Positions 55,388-64,000 of a stretch of DNA of 64,000 nucleotides are shown piece by piece. The position numbers were made by a program, and so were the translations under genes. The notes beneath the pieces are model-generated. The model was given only the letters and a program-made list of their open reading frames with translations, did no database searches and was not told where the DNA came from. The first letter of the stretch is position 1. The number at the start of each line of letters is the position of its first letter. This stretch comes from Myxococcales bacterium (lineage in GTDB: Bacteria; Myxococcota; UBA727; VGSZ01): NCBI GenBank assembly GCA_023248635.1, contig JAHFED010000014.1, positions 8,419 through 72,418 of the forward strand, given 5' to 3'.

Positions 55388-56356
55388 TCAAAAAATCCGC
55401 GGCCACACCGGCAGGGCGGCAAGCCCGCTGGCGTCTTCGAAGGTACAATCCAGCCGCAAGAGGGGGAGGTCGGGGAGAAAGCCTTTGACGTGCTTGAGAT
55501 CGGCGACGCCCTCGGTGACAAAAAAACCCAACTCCGACGACGCCGACCAAGCCTTCAGGTGAATCTCCTTGAAGGCCGGCGTCGAAGGTCCGTCCTTGGG
55601 CTTGCAGACCAGATCCTTGGGGTCGACGTCGAGCCCGGCTTTTTTCAGGCCCAGCATGGTGTCGTCGTGGAAGCTCTCCCAGCGTCCGGTGAGAAACTTC
55701 ACCGTGGCGCCGGCGGCCTGGGAGCGCTTCACCAGATCGACCATCTCTTGCATCGGCACGTCGTGGGCCAGGTTGGCGGGGGTCCAAAACGATTGCTCCC
55801 AGAAAGCAGCGAAGGCCTCGACGACGGCGCCGGGCAACCTCAGCTTGGTCGCGGTGGAACGTCCGTCGACGGCGATGTCAGCGAGGTCGCGGCCGGCGAA
55901 GTAACTCGTTCCGTTGGCGGCGTCGAAGGCGCGAGCGGCGTGCAGGGTGCGTCCACGGGTGTCAAAGACCGTGTTGTCCAGGTCGAAGACGACGGTCACC
56001 GGCATCTTGATCTTCTTGGTGAGCTGCTCGATCTCCTGGAGTCGTGCCGCCACCCACTTGCGTCCATCGATGGGTGGACGCACGCGCGCGCTGGCGATGT
56101 TCAGGACTGGCAGGTCGGATCGCGGGGGCGCGCGGCGGCTGATCTCTGCGCCCGACGGGACCCAGTTGGCATCGAGAGCTCGCGTTCGGAGCGCCGGCTG
56201 CTCGTTGGCCGCGGACCCGATCGCAACACCCGTCGTCGCCGGCGTGGGTTTCGGGCCTGGAGCAGCGGGCCCTGTCCCGCCCGTTTTTTGACCAGCGGTT
56301 TTCAACGTCGACGAAGGCCCTTCCGGCGTCGGTTTCAGCGGGGTCTTGAGGTCCAC
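55388..56356 (-). CDS. HAD-superfamily phosphatase (class-B acid phosphatase-like). The N-terminal Pro-rich extension is uncertain; an alternative ATG lies at 56005.
   Basis: 'MPVTVVFDLDNTVFDT' (DxDxT motif I). The GTG at 56356 lies 9 nt after the meaB stop. Confidence 0.55.
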   Translation of the reverse strand: MDLKTPLKPTPEGPSSTLKTAGQKTGGTGPAAPGPKPTPATTGVAIGSAANEQPALRTRALDANWVPSGAEISRRAPPRSDLPVLNIASARVRPPIDGRKWVAARLQEIEQLTKKIKMPVTVVFDLDNTVFDTRGRTLHAARAFDAANGTSYFAGRDLADIAVDGRSTATKLRLPGAVVEAFAAFWEQSFWTPANLAHDVPMQEMVDLVKRSQAAGATVKFLTGRWESFHDDTMLGLKKAGLDVDPKDLVCKPKDGPSTPAFKEIHLKAWSASSELGFFVTEGVADLKHVKGFLPDLPLLRLDCTFEDASGLAALPVWPRIF

Positions 56357-56364
56357 GGCCCAAT

Positions 56365-57366
56365 CTAGCGCGGCGCAGCTGCCTTTGGCCCCCCCTGAGG
56401 CATCGCGATCTCAGCCAGGGCCGCTGCCGCCCGACTGGGGGAGCGGCGTCCGGATCGAACGTCGGCGACGACGCCGGCGACGGCGGCCCTGAGCTCGGGG
56501 TGTTGGAGCCCCCGGCGCACCAGCTCGGTCTCGAAGCAGCGCCAGAGCCACTGCTCGGCCTGTTGGGCTCGCCGCTGGGCCAGGGCGTCGCCCAGAGAGG
56601 CCCGGTGGGTTTCGATGGCGCTCCAGACCTCGACGACGCCGCGGTTTTCGATCGACGAGCAGAGCAGCACCGGCGGCACCCAGCTCTTGCCGTGGTGCAG
56701 CAGCTGGCCGGCGTTGCGGTAGTGCGCGGCGGTCTCTTGGGCTTCGATCGCCCGGCTGCCATCGGCCTTGTTGACGACGACGACGTCGACGAGGTCGAGG
56801 ATCCCGCGCTTTTGGCCCTGCAGGTCGTCGCCAGCACCGGGCGCCACCAGCAAGACGAAGGTGTCGGTGAGGGATTGCACCGCGTGCTCGCTCTGGCCCA
56901 CACCCACGGTTTCGACGACGACGACGTCGAAGCCGGCGGCCTCGCACAACAACAAGGCTTCCCGGGTGTGGGCGGCCACACCGCCCAGGGCTCCCGACGA
57001 GGGCGAGGGGCGAATGAAGGCCCGGGGATTCTGCGACAGCTGCTCCATGCGGGTTTTGTCGCCGAGAATCGATCCGCCCGTGGTGGGCGACGAAGGATCG
57101 ATGGCCAACACCGCCAGGCTCTTGCCTGCCGCCGTGAGGTGCGCGCCCAGGGTCTCGATGAAAGTGGATTTGCCGACGCCCGGCGTGCCCGAAAGCCCCA
57201 CCCGCACCGCGCCACCGGTGTGCCCGGCGACGGCGTCGAGCAGGGCTTGGGCGCGGGCCTGGTCATCGTCGCGGGTGCTCTCGGCCAGGGTGATGCCCCG
57301 CGCCAGCGCCAGCCGTTCGCCGTCGATGATGCGTCGTCCCAGGTCGTCGACGTCGATCCTGCTCAA
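56365..57366 (-). CDS. meaB: Methylmalonyl-CoA-mutase-associated GTPase MeaB/ArgK
   Basis: 'GLSGTPGVGKSTFIE', 'LAIDPSSPTTGGSILGDKTRM', 'VVVETVGVGQSE', 'NKAD'. Confidence 0.8.
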   Translation of the reverse strand: MSRIDVDDLGRRIIDGERLALARGITLAESTRDDDQARAQALLDAVAGHTGGAVRVGLSGTPGVGKSTFIETLGAHLTAAGKSLAVLAIDPSSPTTGGSILGDKTRMEQLSQNPRAFIRPSPSSGALGGVAAHTREALLLCEAAGFDVVVVETVGVGQSEHAVQSLTDTFVLLVAPGAGDDLQGQKRGILDLVDVVVVNKADGSRAIEAQETAAHYRNAGQLLHHGKSWVPPVLLCSSIENRGVVEVWSAIETHRASLGDALAQRRAQQAEQWLWRCFETELVRRGLQHPELRAAVAGVVADVRSGRRSPSRAAAALAEIAMPQGGPKAAAPR

Positions 57367-58778
57367 CGCAGCAGCTCACCCGCTCGGGCGCGCTTGACGA
57401 AGTGCCCACCGCCCTGAAGCGCCAGGTTGCCTTTGTCGACGACGACGCGGCCGCGGGACAGCACGATCTCGGTGAAGCCCGTGACTTCGACGCCTTCGAA
57501 GGTGTTGTAGTCGACCCGCATGTGATGGGTCGCTTTATTGTGGATTGAAATGCGCTCTTTTCGCTCGGGATCGAAGACGACGATGTCGGCGTCGGAGCCC
57601 GGCGCGATGGTCCCCTTCTTGGGCCACAAGCCAAAGGTGCGGGCGGCGTTGGTCGAGGTGATCTCCACGAAGCGCTGCACGGAGATCTTCTTGCCGACGA
57701 CGCCGGCGCTGTAGATGAGGCTAAAGCGGTTCTCGACGCCAGGAGCGCCGTTGGGGATCTTTCTGAAGTCGTCTTTGCCGAGCTCTTTTTGGCCCTTGAA
57801 GCAGAAGGGACAGTGGTCGGTGGCGACGGAGCTCAGGTCGTTGAACTTCAGGCCGCGCCACAGCGAGTCCTGGTTCCACTTCTCGCGCAGCGCCGGCGTC
57901 ATGACATATTTTGCGCCTTCGAAGTCCGGCAACTCATAATACGACTGATCGAGCAAGAGATACTGCGGACAGGTTTCGGCGCAGACGTCGACGCCGCGGC
58001 CGCGGGCCCTCTTCACTTCTTCGAGGGCGTCGTGGCTCGAGAGGTGAACGATGTAGAGCGGCACTTGCGCGCATTCGGCGATGGCAATGGCCCGGTGCAC
58101 ACCTTCGGCTTCCATGCGGGTCGGGCGCGTGAGGGCATGGTAGATCGGCGCCGTTTTGCCGTCTTTGATTGCGCCCTTGATGATCTCGTCAATGACGATA
58201 CCGTTTTCGGCGTGCATGCAGATGCGGGTGCCGTTTTCGCCGGCCTGCCGAAACGCGCGATACAAAGTAGCGTCGTCGACGTAGAGCACCCCGGGATAGG
58301 CCATGAAAAGCTTATAAGAGGTGACGCCTTCGGTGGCCAAGCGTTCCATCTCTGAAAGTCGCTCATCTGGCATGTCCGTAACAATCATGTGAAAGGCGTA
58401 GTCGATGGTGGCTTTGCTAAAGGCCTTCTTGTGCCAGGTCTCGAGGCCCTTGAGCGTGCTCTCGCCTTTGCTCTGGATGGCGAAGTCGATGAGCGTCGTG
58501 GTGCCGCCAAAGGCCGCCGCGATGGTGCCGCTTTCGAAGTCGTCCGCTGACGTGGTTCCGCCGAAGGGCATGTCGAGGTGGGTGTGGGGATCGATGCCGC
58601 CCGGCAGCACCAGCTTGTTGCGCGCATCGATGACGCGGTCGGCGGCTGCGGCGGCGGGCAGCGACTTTGCGAGGTCTTTGCCCAACGCGGCGACGCTCTC
58701 GCCCACGATGAAGACATCGCCGACGAAGTCGCTGTCGGCGGTGACGATGCGGCCACCCTGAATCAACACGCTGCCCAT
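57363..58778 (-). CDS. Dihydropyrimidinase / D-hydantoinase (cyclic amidohydrolase)
   Basis: 'LVLPGGIDPHTHLDMPFGGTTSADDFESGTIAAAFGGTTTLIDFA'. It overlaps the meaB start. Confidence 0.8.
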   Translation of the reverse strand: MGSVLIQGGRIVTADSDFVGDVFIVGESVAALGKDLAKSLPAAAAADRVIDARNKLVLPGGIDPHTHLDMPFGGTTSADDFESGTIAAAFGGTTTLIDFAIQSKGESTLKGLETWHKKAFSKATIDYAFHMIVTDMPDERLSEMERLATEGVTSYKLFMAYPGVLYVDDATLYRAFRQAGENGTRICMHAENGIVIDEIIKGAIKDGKTAPIYHALTRPTRMEAEGVHRAIAIAECAQVPLYIVHLSSHDALEEVKRARGRGVDVCAETCPQYLLLDQSYYELPDFEGAKYVMTPALREKWNQDSLWRGLKFNDLSSVATDHCPFCFKGQKELGKDDFRKIPNGAPGVENRFSLIYSAGVVGKKISVQRFVEITSTNAARTFGLWPKKGTIAPGSDADIVVFDPERKERISIHNKATHHMRVDYNTFEGVEVTGFTEIVLSRGRVVVDKGNLALQGGGHFVKRARAGELLR

Positions 58779-58857
58779 GGGACCTCCGGTTCGGGGGCCG
58801 GTAGAAGACGCGTTTTCGACGCCGGCTGCAAGCTACAGCGGGTGCAACCCGGGCTGC

Positions 58858-59078
58858 GGATCATCCCCGATCTCGTTGAACTTCGACCGCGGACCGGTCT
58901 CGTTCATCTCCGTCGGGGATGCCCTTCTGGGAGGTCTGGTGCAGACCTCCCCCCGCGCCGGCGGAGCCGGACGCGGGGCCCCCCACCAACTCCGCGTTCC
59001 GCCGGCGCGCTTCACGCGCATCATCCCGCGTCTTCCATCTCGGAACGCGGTCGAACATCAAGCGGACGCGGGATCAGA
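58858..59078 (+). repeat. Repeat B copy 5
   Basis: Full-length copy. Its terminal GATCAG holds the stop codon of the downstream minus-strand gene. Confidence 0.85.
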
Positions 59079-61017
59079 GCAGGCGCAAGAAGCGCAGCAG
59101 CCACGTTTGCTCCTCCGCCGTCAACGCGCGGCCCTCAGTGCCTTCGTGGGTCAACTGGGCAAGGCCGCCGACGTCGACGATGCGCACTTGTTCCAGCAGC
59201 TCGGGCAGGTTGCGGGCCCGACCGCTGGTGAGCAGCGGGGTCTTTCTCCCGATCCCCCGCAGCGAGGACGGGCGGGCGCCGTCGGGGTGCACCCTGGGCC
59301 GCACGCCGGTGTCTTCGCGCCCCGCGCGGCCAAAGACCAAAGCCCCGTGAAACAAAGCGGGAACGACGTCGACGTCGGCGACGCTGGCCTTGTCATCGGC
59401 AAAGACCCGGGCCGCGTGGCACGACACGCAATAGCGGTTGAAATCCGCCAAACCCAGGGCTTCGTCGTCGTCGAGCTTGGTGCGGCCCCAGGCCCGCGCG
59501 TTCGGCGGCGGATCGAAGCTGGCGAAGAAGGCAATCATCGCGCGCCGCAGGTCGAGGGGAGCGATGTCGACGACACCATTGCCCTTGCTGCTGAACCAGG
59601 GCGACTGCGGGCTACGGGCATTGGCCACCCTGAACTCGGCGTGCACCATGACTGCGACGCTGCGATCGAGGGCCCGGGTGAACAGAGGAGGGTTCTGAAA
59701 GAGGCCCCAAAGTGGCTTCGTCGTCGCCGTCACCGCCCGACCTTCGGCGTCGACGCGACCGGTGTTGTGAATGCGCCCGTCGATCCCACCCCCCAGGTGA
59801 CAGCTCTCGCAGGTGAAGCGGGAGAGCGCGCCCTCGGAGCTCTGCTGGGGCGCCATCATCGTCGTGAACACCAGGCGCTCGCCCACCCGCTCCGGGCCCG
59901 GAGGTGCGGCGCCGAGGTCGATGCGCGTGCCGCCGACGTCGACGGCGTCTTCGAGGGCGCTGGCCACCACGCGCCTGCCGTTGTTGGTCACGGCGGCATT
60001 CACCCCAAACGAGGAGTCCCCGGTCGAGATCAGGCTCCCGGTGGCGGCGTCGACGACGGCGAAGCGCCCCGAGCCTGCCCCCCAGACGACGACGTTGGCG
60101 CCTTCGCGCAGCAGGGCTTTGCCGTTGACGACGCCGCGCTCGGAGAGGTTGAGCCGCCAGCCGACTTCGACGCCAGCAGCCTCGAAGCGCAGGCCAAACA
60201 AGAACGAGTCGATGTTTCCAAAGGATCCTCCCGATCGATCGAGGGGATGGTCCTCGATGCCCGACACCACGACGTCGACGCCGTCGGCACCCTCGGTGGC
60301 CACCTGCGCAAAGAGCAGTCCATCGAACTGCTGCTGCTGGGCCGAAGAACAGACCGGCAGGCCCTGGTCGTCGAGCGGGAAGACGACGACGCGGTGCTCC
60401 AGCGACGACAAGGCCACGAGGTGGTGCGGCAGGCGCTGCAGCGACGAAATGCCGAGCCCCACGCGACAGCGGCGGTCTTCGGCCTTGCCGTGCCCCCAGT
60501 CCTTCAGGACGACGACGTCGCCATCGAGGGTGCCGACGTCGACAAGCGTTCCATCGGTCGCCAGCGCGCTCACGCCCCAAAAGAAACCGGGTTGTCGACG
60601 GGGGAGGAGGTCACGGGACACTGTGCCGCCGACGACGGAGAAGTACTGCAGGCGGCCCGCCACCGCGCTGCCGACGACGATGTGGTCGCCGTGCATGGCC
60701 AATGCGCTCGGAAAGGGCTCCGTCTGAGCGCTTGCGCCCCCGACCAACTGCAGGCGATCTCGTCCCTGCAGCAACACGACCACTTGCTCGCCAGCCAACC
60801 CCAGCGCCACGGGGTCGGCCCCGTGATCGGCGCGGCCCCCAGCGAGCAGCCGCGCGCGCACCGCCGGACGCAGCGACTGCTCGTAGGACTCCAATCCCGC
60901 CGCCTCCGCGTCGTGCTCGTCCACGGCCACGACAGGGCCGCTGGTGGGTGCAGGCACACAGGCGCCCACCAGAGCGACGACGACGGCCACGAGGGCAGGG
61001 GCGCTTGTCCGGATCAC
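59074..61017 (-). CDS. Lipoprotein with an N-terminal beta-propeller-like region and a C-terminal di-haem cytochrome c peroxidase-family domain
   Basis: SD AAGGAG then GTG at 61017. Lipobox 'VVALVGAC'. CESCH and CVSCH. 'PSSLRGIGRKTPLLTSGRARNLPELLEQV' (CCP signature). Confidence 0.6.
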   Translation of the reverse strand: MIRTSAPALVAVVVALVGACVPAPTSGPVVAVDEHDAEAAGLESYEQSLRPAVRARLLAGGRADHGADPVALGLAGEQVVVLLQGRDRLQLVGGASAQTEPFPSALAMHGDHIVVGSAVAGRLQYFSVVGGTVSRDLLPRRQPGFFWGVSALATDGTLVDVGTLDGDVVVLKDWGHGKAEDRRCRVGLGISSLQRLPHHLVALSSLEHRVVVFPLDDQGLPVCSSAQQQQFDGLLFAQVATEGADGVDVVVSGIEDHPLDRSGGSFGNIDSFLFGLRFEAAGVEVGWRLNLSERGVVNGKALLREGANVVVWGAGSGRFAVVDAATGSLISTGDSSFGVNAAVTNNGRRVVASALEDAVDVGGTRIDLGAAPPGPERVGERLVFTTMMAPQQSSEGALSRFTCESCHLGGGIDGRIHNTGRVDAEGRAVTATTKPLWGLFQNPPLFTRALDRSVAVMVHAEFRVANARSPQSPWFSSKGNGVVDIAPLDLRRAMIAFFASFDPPPNARAWGRTKLDDDEALGLADFNRYCVSCHAARVFADDKASVADVDVVPALFHGALVFGRAGREDTGVRPRVHPDGARPSSLRGIGRKTPLLTSGRARNLPELLEQVRIVDVGGLAQLTHEGTEGRALTAEEQTWLLRFLRLL

Positions 61018-61121
61018 GAGGGGTGACTCCTTTTCCTTCAGTCGTCTCCGAGGCCGTGCCCGGAGATTCAACCAACCCCCCGTCGCCCGGCCCAGCTGGA
61101 ACGACGAGAAGGAGCAGAGAC

Positions 61122-61622
61122 ATGTACCCAGGATTCTTCCACTGGTGGAAAGAAGCACAACGCCACGCCAGCGAACACCACGGAGCCCACGCCTCCTGCG
61201 GACCAGCCGCCTGCGGACCAGGCGGACGTCGACAACGGCACCGCGGTCCCGACGATCACGAAGCAGCAGGCGAAGACGGCGGCGGCTTCGGCGTCCGACG
61301 ACCCTTGCGCTTCATGGCCTGGAAGCTTGAGCTCGACGAAAACCAGGTCGACAAGCTCGCAGCCATCCTCGCCGATCTGAAAACCGAAAGAGCCCAGGCC
61401 GCCGTCGACCACCAACGCTCGGTGGGCACTTTCGCCGATGTGCTCTCCCCCGAAACCTTCGACAAAGACGCTGCCAGAGCCGCCGCCAACGCCCGCGTCG
61501 TCACCGCCGAACGCCTGCGCGACGCCGTCGTCAAAGCCCTCGAGAAGACCCACGCCCTTCTGACCCCCGACCAGCGCAAGCAGCTGGCCTACCTGCTGCG
61601 CTCCGGCCAACTGACGATTTGA
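61122..61622 (+). CDS. Spy/CpxP/ZraP-family (LTxxQ motif) protein with a His-rich N-terminus. The start is uncertain; an alternative ATG lies at 61314.
   Basis: SD AAGGAG then ATG at 61122. 'LDENQVDKLAAIL' and 'LLTPDQRKQLAYLL' (two LTxxQ-type motifs). 'HWWKEAQRHASEHHGAH'. Confidence 0.45.
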   Translation: MYPGFFHWWKEAQRHASEHHGAHASCGPAACGPGGRRQRHRGPDDHEAAGEDGGGFGVRRPLRFMAWKLELDENQVDKLAAILADLKTERAQAAVDHQRSVGTFADVLSPETFDKDAARAAANARVVTAERLRDAVVKALEKTHALLTPDQRKQLAYLLRSGQLTI

Positions 61623-61870
61623 TCCCCGATCTCGCTGAACTTCGACCGCGGAGCGGTCTCGTTCATCGCCGTCGGGGATGCTCTTCTGGGAGGTCTGGTG
61701 CAGACCTCCCCCCGCGCCGGCGGAGCCGGACGCGGGGCCCCCACCAACTCCGCGTTTCGCGGGCGCGCTTCACGCGCATCATCCCGCGTCTTTCCCATTG
61801 GCGTCTTCGACGCCGTCGTCGATGTCGTCGCTCTCGGAACGCGGTCGAACATCAAGCGGACGCGGGATGA
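61619..61870 (+). repeat. Repeat B copy 6, with a roughly 35-bp internal insertion carrying an extra hairpin
   Basis: It begins TGATCCCCGATC, forming the stop codon of the preceding gene, and ends GGGATGAG. The insertion is GGCGTC-ttcg-GACGCC. Confidence 0.85.
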
Positions 61871-61988
61871 GGCTTGGGCTGGTGGTATTTGATTCTGCGA
61901 ATCACCACCGATTCATCCTTTGGAAGAGACGAAAAAGCGCCTCGACCCCAACCGCCCCAGCCCCGATGGCACGAGGACGCCAGCAAGA

Positions 61989-62441
61989 TCAGACGCCGTC
62001 GACGAGGCGATCGAACATGGGTCCGGTCTCCTGCAGCCGCTGGGCGAGGCGCTCGGTCACGTTCATCAACAACTTGATGCAGGCCTGCGGCCGCTGTTTC
62101 TGCAGGTTCAAAAAGTCACGGCGTGGGATTTCAATGACGCCGACCGCCGTCTTGGCACGGGCCGTGACACGCCGCGGACCGGGTTGCAGCAGAGAGAGCT
62201 CGCCGAAAACGTCGGGGGCAGAGAGGGCGCTCAGCTCGCGCAAGGTGCCGTCGCGCTCGACGGAGATGGAGACCTGCCCCGCCACGAGCAAGAAGGCGCT
62301 TTCGCCGTGCATCTTCTCGACGAAGATCGGGTTTCCGACGTCGACCTGCCGGGCGATGCACACCGTCTCGATGATCCGGATGCCATCCGGGGAAAAGCCG
62401 GCGAGCAGCGGGCTCTGCTCAAGGTAGGGAAACAGATCCAT
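61989..62441 (-). CDS. Single cNMP-binding-domain protein (150 aa)
   Basis: ATG at 62441. 'GESAFLLVAGQVSISVERDGTLRELSALSAPDVFGELSLL'. Confidence 0.6.
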   Translation of the reverse strand: MDLFPYLEQSPLLAGFSPDGIRIIETVCIARQVDVGNPIFVEKMHGESAFLLVAGQVSISVERDGTLRELSALSAPDVFGELSLLQPGPRRVTARAKTAVGVIEIPRRDFLNLQKQRPQACIKLLMNVTERLAQRLQETGPMFDRLVDGV

Positions 62442-62597
62442 CGCGCTCCCACCCAGCCACGGCCACGGACGGGCCACGGGCACCGACACGACAGGCGCAG
62501 CCCCGGAAGCAAGGCACACTACCGGCTCGCCAAGGCCGAGGGCAAATAAGACTGCAGCCACCATGGCGTCGAAGTCCAGCGTCGGTGGCACAGCGAC

Positions 62598-62632
62598 CGG
62601 GCGGCGGTCGAACATCAAGCGGACGCGGGATA
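62598..62632 (+). repeat. Repeat B fragment (3' end only)
   Basis: GGCGGTCGAACATCAAGCGGACGCGGGATAAG. Confidence 0.6.
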
Positions 62633-62642
62633 AGGTCGAACC

Positions 62643-63845
62643 ATGGTGCGCCTTCTCGCTGTCGCTGCCTTTCTTGCCGCTTTCGCCACCGCGTGTCCCG
62701 CCGACCTGCCCCCGGGTGAAGGAGAGGGCGAGGGAGAAGGCGAAGGAGAGGGTGAGGGAGAAAGCAGCGAGGGCGAAGGCCAAGGAGAGGGCGAGGGCGA
62801 AGGAGAAGGCGAAGGAGAGGGCGAAGGAGAGGGCGAAGGAGAGGGCGAAGGAGAGGGCGAAGGAGAAGGTGAAGGTGAAGGTGAAGGTGAGCCAGTACTG
62901 CTCGGCACTTCGCTGTCCTGGCGGCTGCACCCCAGCAACACCGACGACTTTGTGACCTTCTTGCAGGATCACGGGCCTTATGGATCGATCATCGCCTTCC
63001 ACACCTCCTGGCGCGACAGCCGTGCGACGGCTGGACAGGCTCCGAACCTCGCGGTGGTGGGTGCGGGCTTGGCCGAGCAGTTTGATTACACCCCGGTCAT
63101 CGGCTTGGGCTTCACCAGCGGCCTGGGCGTTCCCGATCTCACGAGCGAGGAACATCCCGACGACAACTCGCTGCAAAACGCCGACACCCGCGAGGACATG
63201 CTTGCCATGGTCGCCGCCTACTTCGACGCCAACAGGCCGCCCTTTTTCTTCTTCGGCAACGAGATGAATTTCTACGAGCAGGCCGTCGACGACGCTGAGT
63301 GGAACCGCTGGCTGGCACTGCTCGCCGATGTCTACGCCATCGTGAAGGCGCGGAGCCCGGACACCTTCGTCTATACGACCTTCCAGTGGGAGGCGATGGC
63401 GGGCGTGGGCCAACATGTGGGCTTCGCTTTTCCAGAGCACATCGACGTGCTCGAGGACTTCGTCGTCGGCACCCACGTCGACGGCATCGCGCTGACGACC
63501 TATCCCTTCTTCGAATTCGACGACCCCGCTGACATGCCGCCCGACTACTACACGCGGGTGACGGCGGGCTTCAGCGGACCGATCGCTTTTTCGGAGTTGG
63601 GATGGCCGGCGGTGGCGTCGGCTCCTTTGCCTGGCAGCGAGGCCCAGCAGGCGGCCTTCATCACGCGCTTCTTCGAGCTGACCGCCGACCTCGACGTCAG
63701 AACTGCGGTGCAGCTCTTCCGCTACGACCCCGATGCTGCTTCGGCGGAGCCCACCTTCGCAACTGTGGGCCTCCTGAACAACGACGGCAGCACCGTGCGC
63801 GCCGCCGACGCCACCTGGAAGGCCGAGGTCGCCGCCCGCGAGTGA
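62643..63845 (+). CDS. Lipoprotein with a (Gly-Glu)n linker and a GH-A-clan-like TIM-barrel glycoside hydrolase domain
   Basis: Lipobox 'LAAFATAC'. About 50 residues of GEGE repeats. '[13 protein letters not shown]' (candidate acid/base NE) and 'AFSELGWP' (candidate nucleophile E). Confidence 0.55.
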   Translation: MVRLLAVAAFLAAFATACPADLPPGEGEGEGEGEGEGEGESSEGEGQGEGEGEGEGEGEGEGEGEGEGEGEGEGEGEGEGEGEPVLLGTSLSWRLHPSNTDDFVTFLQDHGPYGSIIAFHTSWRDSRATAGQAPNLAVVGAGLAEQFDYTPVIGLGFTSGLGVPDLTSEEHPDDNSLQNADTREDMLAMVAAYFDANRPPFFFFGNEMNFYEQAVDDAEWNRWLALLADVYAIVKARSPDTFVYTTFQWEAMAGVGQHVGFAFPEHIDVLEDFVVGTHVDGIALTTYPFFEFDDPADMPPDYYTRVTAGFSGPIAFSELGWPAVASAPLPGSEAQQAAFITRFFELTADLDVRTAVQLFRYDPDAASAEPTFATVGLLNNDGSTVRAADATWKAEVAARE

Positions 63846-63851
63846 GCGCTC

Positions 63852-64000
63852 AGGGCTCGTCGCTGCCGAGGCCTGTGCCGCCTTCGGACACGATGGCCAA
63901 AGCCCCACGCCGCACCAGCGGCGTCGACGTCGCCACCACTGCACCGGTCAGGCGTCGGGGTCCGGCGTCTTTGACGGCTTTGGGCTGCACCTCGGCCGAG
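63852..64000 (-). CDS. 3' end of a minus-strand gene that continues beyond the window (function unknown)
   Basis: The frame is open to the window edge and ends '...AIVSEGGTGLGSDEP*' with its stop at 63852. It converges on the previous gene. Confidence 0.3.

Overview
High-GC (about 70%) bacterial chromosomal segment, probably from a myxobacterium. The evidence is a Myxococcus-type Cys-rich repeat protein (CGNGxxExGEECDGGG), a FimU/PilV/PilW/PilX-type minor-pilin operon, ECF sigma/anti-sigma pairs and abundant signalling proteins. About 50 protein-coding genes are supportable. No rRNA, tRNA or CRISPR was seen. I called reading frames by recognisable motifs, translational coupling (ATGA/GTGA overlaps) and ribosome-binding sites. 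Most of the many long antisense or overlapping ORFs in the six-frame track are GC-rich artefacts and were rejected. Housekeeping and ordinary content includes an M16 peptidase pair, a separate-ATPase ABC efflux system with MFP and TolC, cysK, rsmI, nuoG-nuoH, an OmpR-family regulator, meaB, dihydropyrimidinase, acyl-CoA thioesterases, TspO, an SPFH protein and a PEBP protein. The region also carries three intergenic repeat families. (A) A 24-bp perfect palindrome TTCAAGACGC-TGGC-GCGTCTTGAA that occurs singly and as a 4x tandem array. (B) A 160-250 bp MITE-like element with 7-bp terminal inverted repeats TGATCCC...GGGATCA and conserved internal hairpins, present in 6 full copies and one fragment. 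In every full copy the terminal TGATC supplies or overlaps the stop codon of the neighbouring gene. (C) A roughly 90-bp two-hairpin element in 3 copies. The best candidate for an undescribed system is a translationally coupled 4-gene operon at 21.3-27.3 kb on the minus strand. It encodes an 8-TM membrane protein, a stand-alone GNAT-like protein, a ThiF/MoeB E1-like adenylyltransferase fused to a tandem GNAT-like (FemAB/MprF-synthase-like) acyltransferase module, and a di-haem cytochrome c peroxidase-family lipoprotein. Other findings worth a second look: an animal-type phosphomevalonate kinase placed divergently from a Coq4-like gene (HDxxH-x11-E motif); an isolated nuoGH pair; an MMPL-PEGA fusion; a planctomycete-style DUF1501/PSCyt1 pair; a nested inverted-repeat element inside the efflux operon; and a 3x38-bp tandem repeat upstream of cysK.
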